Notes under the pieces: generated by a model
What the model was told of the DNA's origin: nothing
Database searches by the model: none
What the model saw: the letters and a program-made list of their open reading frames with translations, nothing else
Part shown: one piece after another, positions 18,927 to 29,135 of the stretch
Numbering within the stretch: position 1 is the first letter of the stretch
Layout of the letters: every line of letters starts with the position of its first letter
NCBI GenBank assembly: GCA_963794325.1
Contig: CAWCDG010000007.1
Location: 160,001 to 224,000 of the forward strand
Length of the DNA: 64,000 bases
Direction: 5' to 3'
Source of the DNA: an uncultured delta proteobacterium
GTDB taxonomy: Bacteria > Desulfobacterota > Binatia > Binatales > Binataceae
Made by a program: the position numbers and the translations under genes

Positions 18927-19604
18927 TTAGTGAAAGTGTTCCGCGCGCGCGACGCCCAGCGTTGCGAGACTAACACCCGCACCCAGATGAGTAGCAAGTA
19001 TCCGATCGATTGCTGCAACGTCGCCAGCGGCAATCGCGTCCGGCAGTGCGGAGTCGGCGAGTTCCTTCAATCGTCGCATGCGATCGGCCGGAGCGATTTC
19101 ATCGGCATGCAATCGCCGTCGCGCGGCACGCAACACCTCGAGGGTGAGCGCGTACTCGGTCCCGAACTGATCCTCCAAGGTGCGTCTGAGGCGCGCGGCA
19201 AATGCCGGCGACGCGCCACCGGTCGAGATCGCTATCTGAAGATCGCCCCGATTCACAACAGCCGGCGAGATGAAGGTACACAACTCGGGAACGTCGATTA
19301 CATTTATAAGGATCCGGAGCGCGCGCGCCTCGGCGACAAGATCGCGCTGCAACTTCGGGTCGTCGGTCGCGGCGTATACTATGACGCATCCGCTCATGTC
19401 GCCGGGTTGATAATGACGAGCGACGTGCGTCACCAATCCGCCGGCGACGACCGCCGACAACTGCGGCGACAGGCTCGGGCTGACGACCTTTACCTTAGCG
19501 CCGGCCTGGAGCAGCGACTCGACTTTGCGCGCCGCGACTTCGCCGCCGCCTACAACCATACATTCGCGGCCGGTCACGTCGAGAAATATCGGAATGTATG
19601 CCAT
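18927..19604 (-). CDS. Precorrin-2 dehydrogenase / sirohydrochlorin ferrochelatase (SirC/Met8p)
   Basis: VVGGGEVAARK, AATDD, NVID and ISTGGASP. Confidence 0.92.
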   Translation of the reverse strand: MAYIPIFLDVTGRECMVVGGGEVAARKVESLLQAGAKVKVVSPSLSPQLSAVVAGGLVTHVARHYQPGDMSGCVIVYAATDDPKLQRDLVAEARALRILINVIDVPELCTFISPAVVNRGDLQIAISTGGASPAFAARLRRTLEDQFGTEYALTLEVLRAARRRLHADEIAPADRMRRLKELADSALPDAIAAGDVAAIDRILATHLGAGVSLATLGVARAEHFH

Positions 19605-19651
19605 GAAACTTAAGCGATTTTATTACATGATGACGCAATGAGACAGCACCG

Positions 19652-20020
19652 ATGATGCGCGCGTTAAATCAAACCCGGGAGACCGTGCTGTGCGCGCGGC
19701 TCGAGAACGCCGGTGGCCTGGCGGGCCAGGGGCGCGGCCTGCTGGGTCGCGACACACTCGAGCCCGGCACAGGCATGCTGTTCGAGAACGGCCGATTCAC
19801 GCCGTTTATGTGGATGCACATGTTCTTCATGCGCTTCGCCATCGATATCGTTTTCCTCGGGCGGGGTGACACTGTCATTAAGATAAATCGGCGGCTGAGA
19901 CCATGGCGGGTATCGTCGGTGGTGTTCGGTGCGCGAAAAGCGCTTGAGCTTCAGGCCGGTGCGTCGGACGAGAGTGCGACTCAGGTCGGAGACCATATTG
20001 TCTTCGATGGCATGGACTAA
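19652..20020 (+). CDS. DUF192 family protein
   Basis: GLLGR..L..G.GMLF, HMFFMRFAIDIVFL and LEL motifs; lies upstream of the Tad locus. Confidence 0.85.
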   Translation: MMRALNQTRETVLCARLENAGGLAGQGRGLLGRDTLEPGTGMLFENGRFTPFMWMHMFFMRFAIDIVFLGRGDTVIKINRRLRPWRVSSVVFGARKALELQAGASDESATQVGDHIVFDGMD

Positions 20021-20123
20021 AATGTCCACCACATATAGATGTTCTATCGCTTAATCTATCTACGTTAATTCGACGCCTCTTTGACTGTCTTTATTTCCCA
20101 AAGATAGGCCTTTTGTACCATTC

Positions 20124-20162
20124 TGTTGCGGCTTCGCAACCAACAGTTGCATCACTGCGGCT
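20124..20162. promoter_or_regulatory. Tandem putative enhancer (bEBP) sites
   Basis: TGTTGC-N6-GCAACC and AGTTGC-N6-GCGGCT, 21 bp apart, upstream of the sigma54 site. Confidence 0.5.
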
Positions 20163-20216
20163 GCCATAATCTGCGTTGAACGGAAAAAGTCGAAGAAATT
20201 GCTCAATAGATCAAGA

Positions 20217-20232
20217 TGGCACGAGAGATGCT
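20217..20232 (+). promoter_or_regulatory. sigma54 promoter for the flp pilins
   Basis: TGGCACGAGAGATGCT, one mismatch to TGGCACG-N4-TTGCW. Confidence 0.7.
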
Positions 20233-20425
20233 CACGGTAATTCTCGCTTTGGCACTGTATAAAGTGCCTCTATCGAAGCTTGGCTTTGTTCGGGGGAAGG
20301 GAATGCATGGGGGCTCGCCTCGCGCCGCCGGACCAGCGGCGCGAGGTTTGAGGTTCGGCTCGAGTTGATTGACGGGGACTAACGGCCAATCTCGGCCCAA
20401 TAAAGATTCGGAGGACACGCGGCTA

Positions 20426-20596
20426 ATGGACAAAATCGCAGGAATGTTGGTGGAGATGCGCGAGTATCAGCGCGGCCAGACGATGGCCGAATACGCGCTT
20501 ATCCTCGCCGCCGTAGCCGTCGTGGTGTTCGCCGGCTATCAGACGATGGGCACGACCATCACCACGCTGCTTTCCAGCGTGGACGGCAAGCTCTAA
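20426..20596 (+). CDS. flp: Flp type IVc/IVb pilin 1 (56 aa)
   Basis: G|QTMAEYALIL Flp motif; GGAGG upstream. Confidence 0.93.
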   Translation: MDKIAGMLVEMREYQRGQTMAEYALILAAVAVVVFAGYQTMGTTITTLLSSVDGKL

Positions 20597-20689
20597 TTCG
20601 AGAAAGGCAACAGCTCGGGGTGGCGGATTAACTCATCCGGTACTTCAAAAAATAGACACGCTAAAAATTTGCACGGAGGTAATGAAGAC

Positions 20690-20860
20690 ATGAATGCGAT
20701 CAGGAAATTAGTAGTTCAGGTGCGCGAGTACGGCCGCGGACAGACCATGGCTGAGTACGCGCTGATCCTGGCGGCGGTGGCGGTTGTGGTGTTCGCCGGC
20801 TACCAGACGATGGGCACGACTATCACCACGCTCCTGAGCAGCGTGGACGGCAAGCTCTAA
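20690..20860 (+). CDS. flp: Flp pilin 2 (56 aa)
   Basis: Same mature sequence as pilin 1; GGAGG upstream. Confidence 0.93.
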   Translation: MNAIRKLVVQVREYGRGQTMAEYALILAAVAVVVFAGYQTMGTTITTLLSSVDGKL

Positions 20861-20943
20861 TTCGAGAGGGAATCCCGGGTGGCGGACTAACCCATCCGCC
20901 ACCCGACATCAACTTAACGGGTTTGAGGAGGAACGGAACGAAT

Positions 20944-21114
20944 ATGCGGTCGATCACGAAATTTGTTGTACGGGCTCGCGAGTACAATCGCGGACAGACC
21001 ATGGCCGAGTACGCGCTGATCCTGGCGGCGGTGGCGGTAGTGGTTTTCGCGGGCTATCAGACGATGGGCACGACCATCACGACGCTCCTGAGCAGCGTCG
21101 ATACGAGTCTCTAG
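20944..21114 (+). CDS. flp: Flp pilin 3 (56 aa)
   Basis: Mature sequence differs only at the C-terminus (DTSL versus DGKL). Confidence 0.93.
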   Translation: MRSITKFVVRAREYNRGQTMAEYALILAAVAVVVFAGYQTMGTTITTLLSSVDTSL

Positions 21115-21141
21115 TAATCGCGACGGCTTGACGGCCGTCCG

Positions 21142-21186
21142 GAAATTCTCCTGGCAGGAATCAAGGTTTCCGGCCAGGAGAATTTC
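21142..21186 (+). terminator. Stem-loop after the pilin array
   Basis: GAAATTCTCCTGGC...GCCAGGAGAATTTC inverted repeat. Confidence 0.65.
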
Positions 21187-21470
21187 GTAATTAGATCGCC
21201 CTGGGAGGGGAGGCAGTCGATCAGGTGTCTATACAATTTTAGTCCAATCGTGGCACCTCGGCAAAATTTACCATGATGCTAGACTCAATTTCTCTCCACA
21301 CGACAATTTTTCCGACCTTTTTCATCAAACATCTGGCTATTACTGGCTCGGATTTGCTAATCAATTCCACCACGGGCCTGAGTCTCCTTTTAACACGTAC
21401 GAGATGCTAGGATGGCTAACAATTTAGAAGATAGCCGGTCTGCCGCGAGCGGCCGGAGGGGAGGGGTGAT

Positions 21471-22559
21471 ATGAGACGACCGATGGTGTTCGTCCTGCTG
21501 GCCGGGTTAGCGGCGATGCTGGCTTCGGTAATGGTCTACTCGGCTTTGAAACGCCGAGAGCTCGAAGTTCAAAACGCAATGTCGCATAACGTCCAGGTGG
21601 TGGTGGCGGCAATGGACCTTCCGCTCGGCACGAAGATCGAGCCGGGAGAAGTTAAAACGGCGCGTTGGTCGGCCGACAGCCTTCCGGAGGGAGCGTACAC
21701 CGATGCCGGACAGGTGCTGGGCACCTACGTGAAGAATTCCCTGGTAGCCAACGAGCCGATCGTACGGTCCAAGCTCTTCACCGGGGACAAGACGGCGGGA
21801 GTAATGCCGTTGTTGATTCCGTTCGGAATGCGCGCGGTGTCGGTGCCAGTGGATGAGGTCAGCGATGTCGCGGGCTTCGTACTGCCGCATACGCGAGTGG
21901 ACGTGCTGGTCGCGACTCAGTCGGAAGGGGCCGGCGACAAGGCGTTTTCGAAAGTGATCCTGCAGAATGTCGAGGTACTCGCGGTCGCGCAGGAAGTCGA
22001 GCAGAAGAAGGACGAGCCGCAAATCGTGAAAGTCGTCACGTTGCTGGTGACGCCGCAGGAGTCAGAACGCCTGGCACTCGCGAGTCATTCCGGAACGCTG
22101 CGCCTCGCGATGCGCAATTACAACGACAACAAGATCGTACTGACCAGTGGCAGCGACGTCGCGCAGATGCTGCGGGCCTATAGCCTGGCACCCGACGTTC
22201 CGGTGATGGCGGTACAGCCCGAGCGTCACATGGCCGCGGCACCGCATCGGCCGAAACCGGTCGAGATCGAGATTCTTCGCAATGGGAAATCGTCCGAGTC
22301 AGTTTCGTTCGTGAATGAAGCGGCGGCGAATTTCGACGGTTCGAGCAAATCAACCGGCCATGTCCGCAAGGCCGCGGTGAAAACCGACGAAGACAGCGAT
22401 GCAGCTGCGACCGATACCAGTGAGGACACGAGCACGGAATCCACGACCGTGGCGAGCGCTCCTGAACCCGAACATCACGACTTGACGTCGCCGCCGGCCA
22501 GCGCGCCAAACGCAACGGCCGATCACGTGCCGACGCCAAAGACGATCGACATACCTTAA
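21471..22559 (+). CDS. cpaB: Flp pilus assembly protein CpaB/RcpC
   Basis: SAF domain (VVVAAMDLPLGT), GMRAVSVPVD, RVDVL and VTLLVTP. Confidence 0.93.
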   Translation: MRRPMVFVLLAGLAAMLASVMVYSALKRRELEVQNAMSHNVQVVVAAMDLPLGTKIEPGEVKTARWSADSLPEGAYTDAGQVLGTYVKNSLVANEPIVRSKLFTGDKTAGVMPLLIPFGMRAVSVPVDEVSDVAGFVLPHTRVDVLVATQSEGAGDKAFSKVILQNVEVLAVAQEVEQKKDEPQIVKVVTLLVTPQESERLALASHSGTLRLAMRNYNDNKIVLTSGSDVAQMLRAYSLAPDVPVMAVQPERHMAAAPHRPKPVEIEILRNGKSSESVSFVNEAAANFDGSSKSTGHVRKAAVKTDEDSDAAATDTSEDTSTESTTVASAPEPEHHDLTSPPASAPNATADHVPTPKTIDIP

Positions 22560-22589
22560 GCGAGCCGCGAGGAAGACGAGGGGAAGAAG

Positions 22590-24455
22590 ATGAAATCCAA
22601 ACAAGCACATGGACTGCTTCCGTGGCTAATCGCAGCTATCAGCATGTTGATGTTTCAGCCCGGGCTGCTGTTGGCAGACGACGCCACGACCATGGCTCTC
22701 TCCCTGAACGCGGGTGAGAGTTACATAATTAATAACGTCAGCCCCGGCGAGACGCCGGCGGTGAATGTGATCTCAAATCCGCACGCGCTGGTGGTGCATA
22801 ACGAAGAGCCGGGCAAGGTCGTCCTTTTGGGCGCGGAAGCCGGCGAATGGACCGTTTCGGTGAAGACCGCGGACGGCAACACCATCAAATATGACGTGAC
22901 GGTCAAGTCGATCGCCAACATCAACGACATCAATCATCCGGGCACCAGTCCGGGGCCAATCACTGGCAGCGGTGCCTCGACGGGTACTGCGGCGCCGGTG
23001 GTAGCCAAGATGGACGCGGGCACCGGACCGGCTGCTTCAACGTCGTCTTCCTCGTCATCTTCATCGTCAAGTTTTGGGACCACCACGGAAACAGTGGCCG
23101 CTGCAGCGCCCAGCGCTCCTCAGCCCGCGCCCGTAGCGTCAACGCCTCCTGCTCCTGTCAGCCATTCCAGTTTCGATTTCAATACGCCAGCCGCTTCCTA
23201 TGCACCACCGCCGGCCGCCTCGAGTCAGGCCGCTTCAGCTGCGTTGTCGAACGAGCGGTATCGGGTTGATCCGTCGGTCAGTCTCAATGGCGGCGAATTG
23301 GGCTCCGGTGCGGTGTCAGGCGGACGGCATTATCTGCCTGAAGACGGCGTGCAGCTGCAGACCGGATCCTCGAAAATCATCGACTTTGCAACCAAGCTGC
23401 GCCGCGTGTCGATCGCCGATACGACGGTCGCGGATATCCAGGTAATCAATCCATTCCAGGTCAATCTAATTGGCCACAAGCCGGGCTTCACGACGCTTGC
23501 GATCTGGGATCAGACCGGGCAATACCAGGAGCGTCCGGTACGAATCGATCCCAACGGCAAGCAGCAAGTGCTGCTCAACACGGTGATAGCTGAGCTGGAC
23601 CGCTCCGCCATGGAAAATCAGGGCACCAACCTGGCGTTGTCTCTCACCCACGCTGGAATATCGCTGGTCAGCTTGCCCGGCGCCGTAGCAACTCCGTTTT
23701 CGCCGACCGCAAGTATAACGTCCCCCTCGGGCGTGGTTAGCTCACTCGGCCAGACGTTGGCGCCGGGTGGCGCTCTCACCGGGCTGCTGCTGTCGCAAGG
23801 CCTGACCTATGGGGTGGCGGCAGGAAACAGCAACTACCAGCTGCAGGGATATTTTCAGTATCTGGAAAACCATCAGCTAGCGAAGATTCTCGCCCAGCCC
23901 CATTTGCTGGCTAATTCCGGCGAGGAGGCGAAGTTCCTGTCCGGCGGCGAAATTCCAATCGTCATCGCGCAGGCGTTGAACACTTCGGTCGTGTTCAAAC
24001 AGTTTGGTACGTCGGTCGAATTCGTTCCGACCGTGGTTGGAAAAAACGATATCGAGCTGTTGGTGAAGCCTGAAGTGTCGGAGCCCGACTACGCACATGG
24101 CGTACAGCTGTTCGGCTTCAGCGTGCCGGCATTCGTGACTCGGCGCGCCGAGACGCTGGTGCAGCTCAAGGACAATCAGACACTGATCATCGCCGGCCTC
24201 ATCCTGCATGAAAAGAAGACGCAGATCCAAAAAGTGCCCTACATGGGTGACATCCCGTACCTCGGTGGGCTGTTCCGCACTACCGCCTATTCGAACACTG
24301 AAACGGACCTGGTTATGAGCGTGACGCCGCAAATCGTACAGCCGCTGCCCGATGGCGCCGCAGTTTACAACCCGACTTCAGTGCCGGATCTGACCCGCGA
24401 GCAAATCGAAACCCGTCGTCTGGCGCAGCCTGACGTAACAAGGCCGAGATTCTAG
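22590..24455 (+). CDS. cpaC: Tad secretin CpaC/RcpA
   Basis: Signal peptide; AQPHLLANSGEEAKFLSGGEIP, FKQFG and KVPYMGDIPYLGGLFR. Confidence 0.92.
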   Translation: MKSKQAHGLLPWLIAAISMLMFQPGLLLADDATTMALSLNAGESYIINNVSPGETPAVNVISNPHALVVHNEEPGKVVLLGAEAGEWTVSVKTADGNTIKYDVTVKSIANINDINHPGTSPGPITGSGASTGTAAPVVAKMDAGTGPAASTSSSSSSSSSSFGTTTETVAAAAPSAPQPAPVASTPPAPVSHSSFDFNTPAASYAPPPAASSQAASAALSNERYRVDPSVSLNGGELGSGAVSGGRHYLPEDGVQLQTGSSKIIDFATKLRRVSIADTTVADIQVINPFQVNLIGHKPGFTTLAIWDQTGQYQERPVRIDPNGKQQVLLNTVIAELDRSAMENQGTNLALSLTHAGISLVSLPGAVATPFSPTASITSPSGVVSSLGQTLAPGGALTGLLLSQGLTYGVAAGNSNYQLQGYFQYLENHQLAKILAQPHLLANSGEEAKFLSGGEIPIVIAQALNTSVVFKQFGTSVEFVPTVVGKNDIELLVKPEVSEPDYAHGVQLFGFSVPAFVTRRAETLVQLKDNQTLIIAGLILHEKKTQIQKVPYMGDIPYLGGLFRTTAYSNTETDLVMSVTPQIVQPLPDGAAVYNPTSVPDLTREQIETRRLAQPDVTRPRF

Positions 24456-24532
24456 TCCGGGGAGTGACGAGACATAGCCGAGCATTTAGTGCATGATATG
24501 GCACCGCATAGCTGAAGCAGGGAGAATGTGAA

Positions 24533-25756
24533 GTGTCATCGCTCGGTAAAAAAAATGATGGACGGCATGGTGGGCTGAAGGTCCAATTGGTCGGCCAAGG
24601 CGACGAGCACCGAACCGAAGTTCGGGATGCTCTCGCCGCCTTGGGCGACCCCATGCTGAACATTGACGAGATAGAACCGGATCCTGACGCCGCCACTGAC
24701 GTCAACTTTGACGTAACAATGGTGGTGTTCAACGGCAACGACGAACTCTCGCTGAGTTATCTCAACACGCGGGCCGTGCAAGAGCCCCGGCCCGCCCTTT
24801 TTGCGCTACTGCACGATCGGTCGCCCGATCTAATGAAACGAGTGCTGCGGGCGGGCGCCGACGAGCTTCTGTTCCTGCCCCTGGATCCCGGCGACGCGAC
24901 CCGTGCGCTGCTCAAGATAAGCGAATCTCGCCGGCGCGAAGAAGTTCACGTCGGTGGCGGCACGATCGTTTCTCTGGTGAGTCTGATCGGCGGCACCGGA
25001 GTGACGAGTCTGGCGGCGAACCTCGGTCTGGCGCTCCGCTACGCGTTCGACAAGCGGGTCGCGGTCGTCGACCTGGACCTGCAGACCGGCGGGCTCTCGG
25101 TGTTTCTGAATCTCGAGCCCGAGCGCACGATCATGACGCTGACGGAGGGGACCCGAAAGCTCGATTCGATTCAACTCGAATCGGCGCTCAGCAAGCATGC
25201 GTCGGGGATCTACCTGCTCGCGGCGCCCAAGCGGATCGAAGACAGCGAGTTGGTGACCGACGCGACGGTAGGCGCCACGCTGGACCTGATGCGTCAGCTG
25301 TTCGACTTCGTGATCGTGGATTGCGGGACGCATATCGACTCGAACACGGTCGCAGCGTGGGAGCGCTCGAGTCATCTGTTCTATGTTCTCGATCAGTCGA
25401 TCGGCGCGGCGCGATGCGCGTGGCGATTCGTCGATCTGGTGGGACGGCTGGGCATGCAGGGAGTCGAGCCCAACTTCATTCTGAGCCGCTTCGTACCAGG
25501 TCATCCGATCACAGAAGATCAACTGAGCCATACGCTGGCCCAGTCTATCTACATGCGGATTCCGCGCGACGAAAAGGTTCTCGAGCGGGTGCAGTTGAGT
25601 GCGCAGGATTTGTGGCAGGTGGCGCCGAACTCGCCGCTGGCCAAGAGCGTCGAGGATCTCGCGCGGCGGCTCGAAGTCGGCGCTGAAGCCACCCAAGGCG
25701 ACACTTCCAATTCTCTTGTCTCTCGCCTCTTGAATGTTATCGGGGCCCGCAGTTGA
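24533..25756 (+). CDS. cpaE: CpaE/TadZ (degenerate receiver + MinD-like ATPase)
   Basis: LRAGADELL, GGTGVTSLAANL, VDLDLQTG and FDFVIVD. Confidence 0.88.
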   Translation: MSSLGKKNDGRHGGLKVQLVGQGDEHRTEVRDALAALGDPMLNIDEIEPDPDAATDVNFDVTMVVFNGNDELSLSYLNTRAVQEPRPALFALLHDRSPDLMKRVLRAGADELLFLPLDPGDATRALLKISESRRREEVHVGGGTIVSLVSLIGGTGVTSLAANLGLALRYAFDKRVAVVDLDLQTGGLSVFLNLEPERTIMTLTEGTRKLDSIQLESALSKHASGIYLLAAPKRIEDSELVTDATVGATLDLMRQLFDFVIVDCGTHIDSNTVAAWERSSHLFYVLDQSIGAARCAWRFVDLVGRLGMQGVEPNFILSRFVPGHPITEDQLSHTLAQSIYMRIPRDEKVLERVQLSAQDLWQVAPNSPLAKSVEDLARRLEVGAEATQGDTSNSLVSRLLNVIGARS

Positions 25757-25765
25757 GGTACTTCG

Positions 25766-27142
25766 ATGAAGCTCGTTGACAGAATATCGCAGCAGAATGC
25801 GGCGACTCCGGTGCCGTTTCAGCGTTCGCTGATGAGTAACGGCGGTGCGAAGCGCAACGTCAAAGACGCGCAGGCCGAAGGATTTCAGCAGCTCAAGCTC
25901 GCCGTTCACAACCGGTTGTTCGAGATGCTCGACGTTACGCGGCTCGAGAGCCTCGAACCGGCTCTGGCGGCGCAGAAAGTCACTGAGGCGATCTCCGCGA
26001 TTCTCGACGATGAGGGACGGCTTCTCACCGACTCCGACAAGACTCATCTAATAGAAGAAATCAAAAACGAGCTGCTCGGACTCGGGCCGCTCGAACCGCT
26101 TTTGTGGGACGACGAGATCACCGACATCCTGGTCAACGGGCACAGCCAGGTTTACGTCGAAAAGCGCGGTAAGCTGCATGCCACCGAAGTGAAGTTCCAG
26201 GACGATCAGCACTTGATGCTGATCATCGATCGGATCGTGTCGCAGGTCGGCCGCCGAGTCGACGAAGCATCGCCGATGGTTGATGCGCGCTTGCCCGACG
26301 GTTCGCGTATCAACGCGATCATTCCGCCACTGGCGCTCGACGGCCCGTCGCTTTCGATTCGCCGATTCGGCCGCAAGCGCTACAACATCGACGATCTGGT
26401 CGAGAAGAAAACCATTGTGCCCGAGATCGTCGAGTTCCTGCGCACTATCGTGCGGGCGCGGCTCAACATCCTGATTTGCGGCGGCACCGGCTCGGGCAAG
26501 ACCACCATGCTCAATTGCATGTCGCTGTTCGTGCCCGCCGATGAGCGAATTGTGACGATCGAAGATTCGGCCGAATTGATGCTACAGCAGCCGCACGTAG
26601 TCAGGCTCGAAACGCGGCCGGCCAACGTCGAAGGCAAGGGCGAAGTCAGCCAGCGCGACCTGGTGAAGAATACCCTGCGTATGCGGCCCGATCGCATCAT
26701 CGTCGGCGAGGTTCGCGGCGGCGAAGTGTTCGACATGTTGCAGGCGATGTCCACCGGTCATGACGGCTCTATCGCCACCATCCACGCCAACACTCCTCGC
26801 GACAGCCTGGGACGTCTCGAGATGATGATGCTGTTGTCGGGCGTGCAGATTCCGCAGCGCGCGATGCGCCAGCAGATCGCATCGGCACTCAACATTATCG
26901 TTCACGTCTCGCGCCTGTCGGACGGCTCGCGCAAAGTAATGCGCATCTCTGAGATCAGCGGCATGGAAGGCGAGATGGTGATGATGCAGGACTTGTTCGA
27001 ATTCAAGCGGACCGGAATCGGGCCGGGCGGCGAAGTGATCGGCCAGTTCCTTGCGACCGGCATCCGGTCAACCTATTCGCAGCGGCTGGAAGCGGCAGGA
27101 TACAAACTCGACGGCAAAATTTTCCGCAACACTATCGGATAA
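25766..27142 (+). CDS. cpaF: Tad ATPase CpaF/TadA
   Basis: [33 protein letters not shown] and TGHDG. Confidence 0.96.
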   Translation: MKLVDRISQQNAATPVPFQRSLMSNGGAKRNVKDAQAEGFQQLKLAVHNRLFEMLDVTRLESLEPALAAQKVTEAISAILDDEGRLLTDSDKTHLIEEIKNELLGLGPLEPLLWDDEITDILVNGHSQVYVEKRGKLHATEVKFQDDQHLMLIIDRIVSQVGRRVDEASPMVDARLPDGSRINAIIPPLALDGPSLSIRRFGRKRYNIDDLVEKKTIVPEIVEFLRTIVRARLNILICGGTGSGKTTMLNCMSLFVPADERIVTIEDSAELMLQQPHVVRLETRPANVEGKGEVSQRDLVKNTLRMRPDRIIVGEVRGGEVFDMLQAMSTGHDGSIATIHANTPRDSLGRLEMMMLLSGVQIPQRAMRQQIASALNIIVHVSRLSDGSRKVMRISEISGMEGEMVMMQDLFEFKRTGIGPGGEVIGQFLATGIRSTYSQRLEAAGYKLDGKIFRNTIG

Positions 27143-27148
27143 ATACCT

Positions 27149-28096
27149 ATGGATTTTTTGATGGCAAGCGGCATATTCGCGATCGTCTTCGTGTTCGTGC
27201 TGCTCCTTACCAGCAGCCGCGGCACCGAAGTCGAGCAACAGCGCGAGGTGGCCCGGCGCCTGACGCGCCCTCCCGATGAGATAGATATCAACGTGATGCG
27301 CAAGCAGCGGCCCCAGGAGGGAGCACTGTTTGGCGCGCTGTACAAGCTGAACGTGGCGCAAAACCTCGAAGAGGCGATGTGGCAGGCGGGCATGTACATG
27401 CGGGTCGGCGACATGCTGTTGATAATCGTGTTGGCATTCGGCGCGGGATTGTTCGGCGGCAATCTTTTCTTCCACGATATGTGGTTCGCGCTGGGTACCG
27501 CGCTGGTAACGGGCATCCTGCCGCTGCTCTACATCCAGTTCCGCAAGAAGCGGCGCCTGAAGGCCTTTGCCACCCAGTTGCCGTTCGCGCTTGACCTGAT
27601 CAAGTCCTCACTCGAAGCGGGACACTCACTGCAGCGCGCGCTGCAAGTCCTGGTCAGCGAATTCGCCGATCCCCTCGGCAGCGAGTTCCGCACCGTGCTC
27701 GAGCAGAACCGGATCGGACTGCCGCTGCCACGCGCGCTCGAAGATATGCTCAAGCGAGTTCCGGAGGACGACCTCCGGCTGCTGGTCGTTGCAGTACGCG
27801 TGCAGACCGAAGTCGGCTCGAGCTTGGCGCAGATTGTGGGCCGGCTATCCGAAATCGTGCGAATCAGGCAGCGCTTGCGGATGCAAATCCGGGCGCTGAC
27901 GGCGCAATCGCGCATGGGCGGCATGGTCGTGGGCTGCCTGCCGGTCGTGGTGCTTTTTCTGTTCAGCTTGATTCAACCGGGTTACACGGATCAATTGTTT
28001 CATGATCCGACCGGTCAGAAGATTCTGAAATTTGCGATCGGGTCGGACTTGCTCGCCCTGATAACTATCAGGCGACTACTGAGAGTGAACTACTAA
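27149..28096 (+). CDS. tadB: TadB inner-membrane platform protein
   Basis: QLPFALDLIKSSLEAGH and ALTAQSR; position after cpaF. Confidence 0.92.
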   Translation: MDFLMASGIFAIVFVFVLLLTSSRGTEVEQQREVARRLTRPPDEIDINVMRKQRPQEGALFGALYKLNVAQNLEEAMWQAGMYMRVGDMLLIIVLAFGAGLFGGNLFFHDMWFALGTALVTGILPLLYIQFRKKRRLKAFATQLPFALDLIKSSLEAGHSLQRALQVLVSEFADPLGSEFRTVLEQNRIGLPLPRALEDMLKRVPEDDLRLLVVAVRVQTEVGSSLAQIVGRLSEIVRIRQRLRMQIRALTAQSRMGGMVVGCLPVVVLFLFSLIQPGYTDQLFHDPTGQKILKFAIGSDLLALITIRRLLRVNY

Positions 28097-28097
28097 T

Positions 28098-29033
28098 ATG
28101 AGCCCATTCGCGATTGGAATAGTGGTCTTTCTGCTGGCGGCCGGGGCCTGCCTGGCATTGTTTATGGCTATCTCGCCGCAAAGCCGCGCGGTTGACGAAC
28201 GCTTCGCCGACTTGGCGGTCAAGGTGCGCGCAACGCAGGGCGCACTCGAAGGCGACGATCAGGACGACAACGTGCTCCGGATGCTTTTCAGATGGGCCTC
28301 CAAGCGCGTCCCGGCTCCGGACCTGGACACTCCCAGCGGCGAGAAGCTCCAGCAAACTCTCGCACAGGCGGGATATCTGAAGTCGAGCGCGGCGCACTCT
28401 TACCAGGTGATGCGTGTGCTGCTGGCCGTCGGCGGGGGCGTGTTGGGGATGCTGGTTGGACTCATCTTTCACCCGGCGTCGTCGACCCCGCTGCTGCTCG
28501 GAATCGGTGGCATCGGAATCGGAATTTTCGTGCCCAGCTACTACCTGGGTCGTCGCGCGCGGCTGCGTCAGGGCAACATCGCAAGGCAACTCTCAGACGT
28601 GCTGGACCTGTTGGTGGTGTGCGTCGAGGCGGGCATGGGATTGTTCGAGGCGATTCGAATCGTCGGCGCGGAATGCGAACGTCATGGGCAGGAAATCGGC
28701 CAGGAGTTGAACCTCGTCGCAACCGATATTTCCGCGGGCGCGTCGCTTGGACAGGCATTGCGCGGGCTGGCCGATCGGACTGCGGTCGAAGATATCAAAC
28801 CGCTCGCGGCAACTTTGATTCAGAGTGAACAACTTGGCGCGCAGATCGGACCTGCATTGCGCGCCAGTTCCGACGCCCTGCGCATGCATCGCCGGCTGCA
28901 TGCCGAGGAAGACGCGCAGAAGGCCTCGATCAAGATTCTGTTCCCGCTGGTCATCTTCGTGCTGCCCTCGATGATCGCGGTAATCATCGGACCAGCCATG
29001 ATCTCCGTCTTCCATACGCTCACCTCGAACTGA
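28098..29033 (+). CDS. tadC: TadC inner-membrane platform protein
   Basis: LDLLVVCVEAGMG, LIQSEQLG and AEEDAQKASIKILFPL. Confidence 0.92.
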   Translation: MSPFAIGIVVFLLAAGACLALFMAISPQSRAVDERFADLAVKVRATQGALEGDDQDDNVLRMLFRWASKRVPAPDLDTPSGEKLQQTLAQAGYLKSSAAHSYQVMRVLLAVGGGVLGMLVGLIFHPASSTPLLLGIGGIGIGIFVPSYYLGRRARLRQGNIARQLSDVLDLLVVCVEAGMGLFEAIRIVGAECERHGQEIGQELNLVATDISAGASLGQALRGLADRTAVEDIKPLAATLIQSEQLGAQIGPALRASSDALRMHRRLHAEEDAQKASIKILFPLVIFVLPSMIAVIIGPAMISVFHTLTSN

Positions 29034-29069
29034 TTGAGACCGCCGCCGAACGGCGCTCACAAAAACTAC

Positions 29070-29104
29070 ACAGGCCCCGGATCAGATATTGATCCGGGGC
29101 CTGT
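29070..29104. terminator. Probable bidirectional intrinsic terminator
   Basis: ACAGGCCCCGGATCA-GATAT-TGATCCGGGGCCTGT between convergent genes. Confidence 0.75.
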
Positions 29105-29135
29105 AGCTTTCTGGCCTGAGTCGTATTTGCTATTG

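Noticed and set aside
21344-21357. sigma54-like TGGCTCGGATTTGC before cpaB
   Set aside because: The GG-to-GC spacing is one base short of the strict requirement.
23030-23250. TCx-rich low-complexity tract in cpaC as a contingency repeat
   Set aside because: It is an imperfect codon-level poly-Ser/Pro linker in frame, not a slippage-prone perfect repeat.
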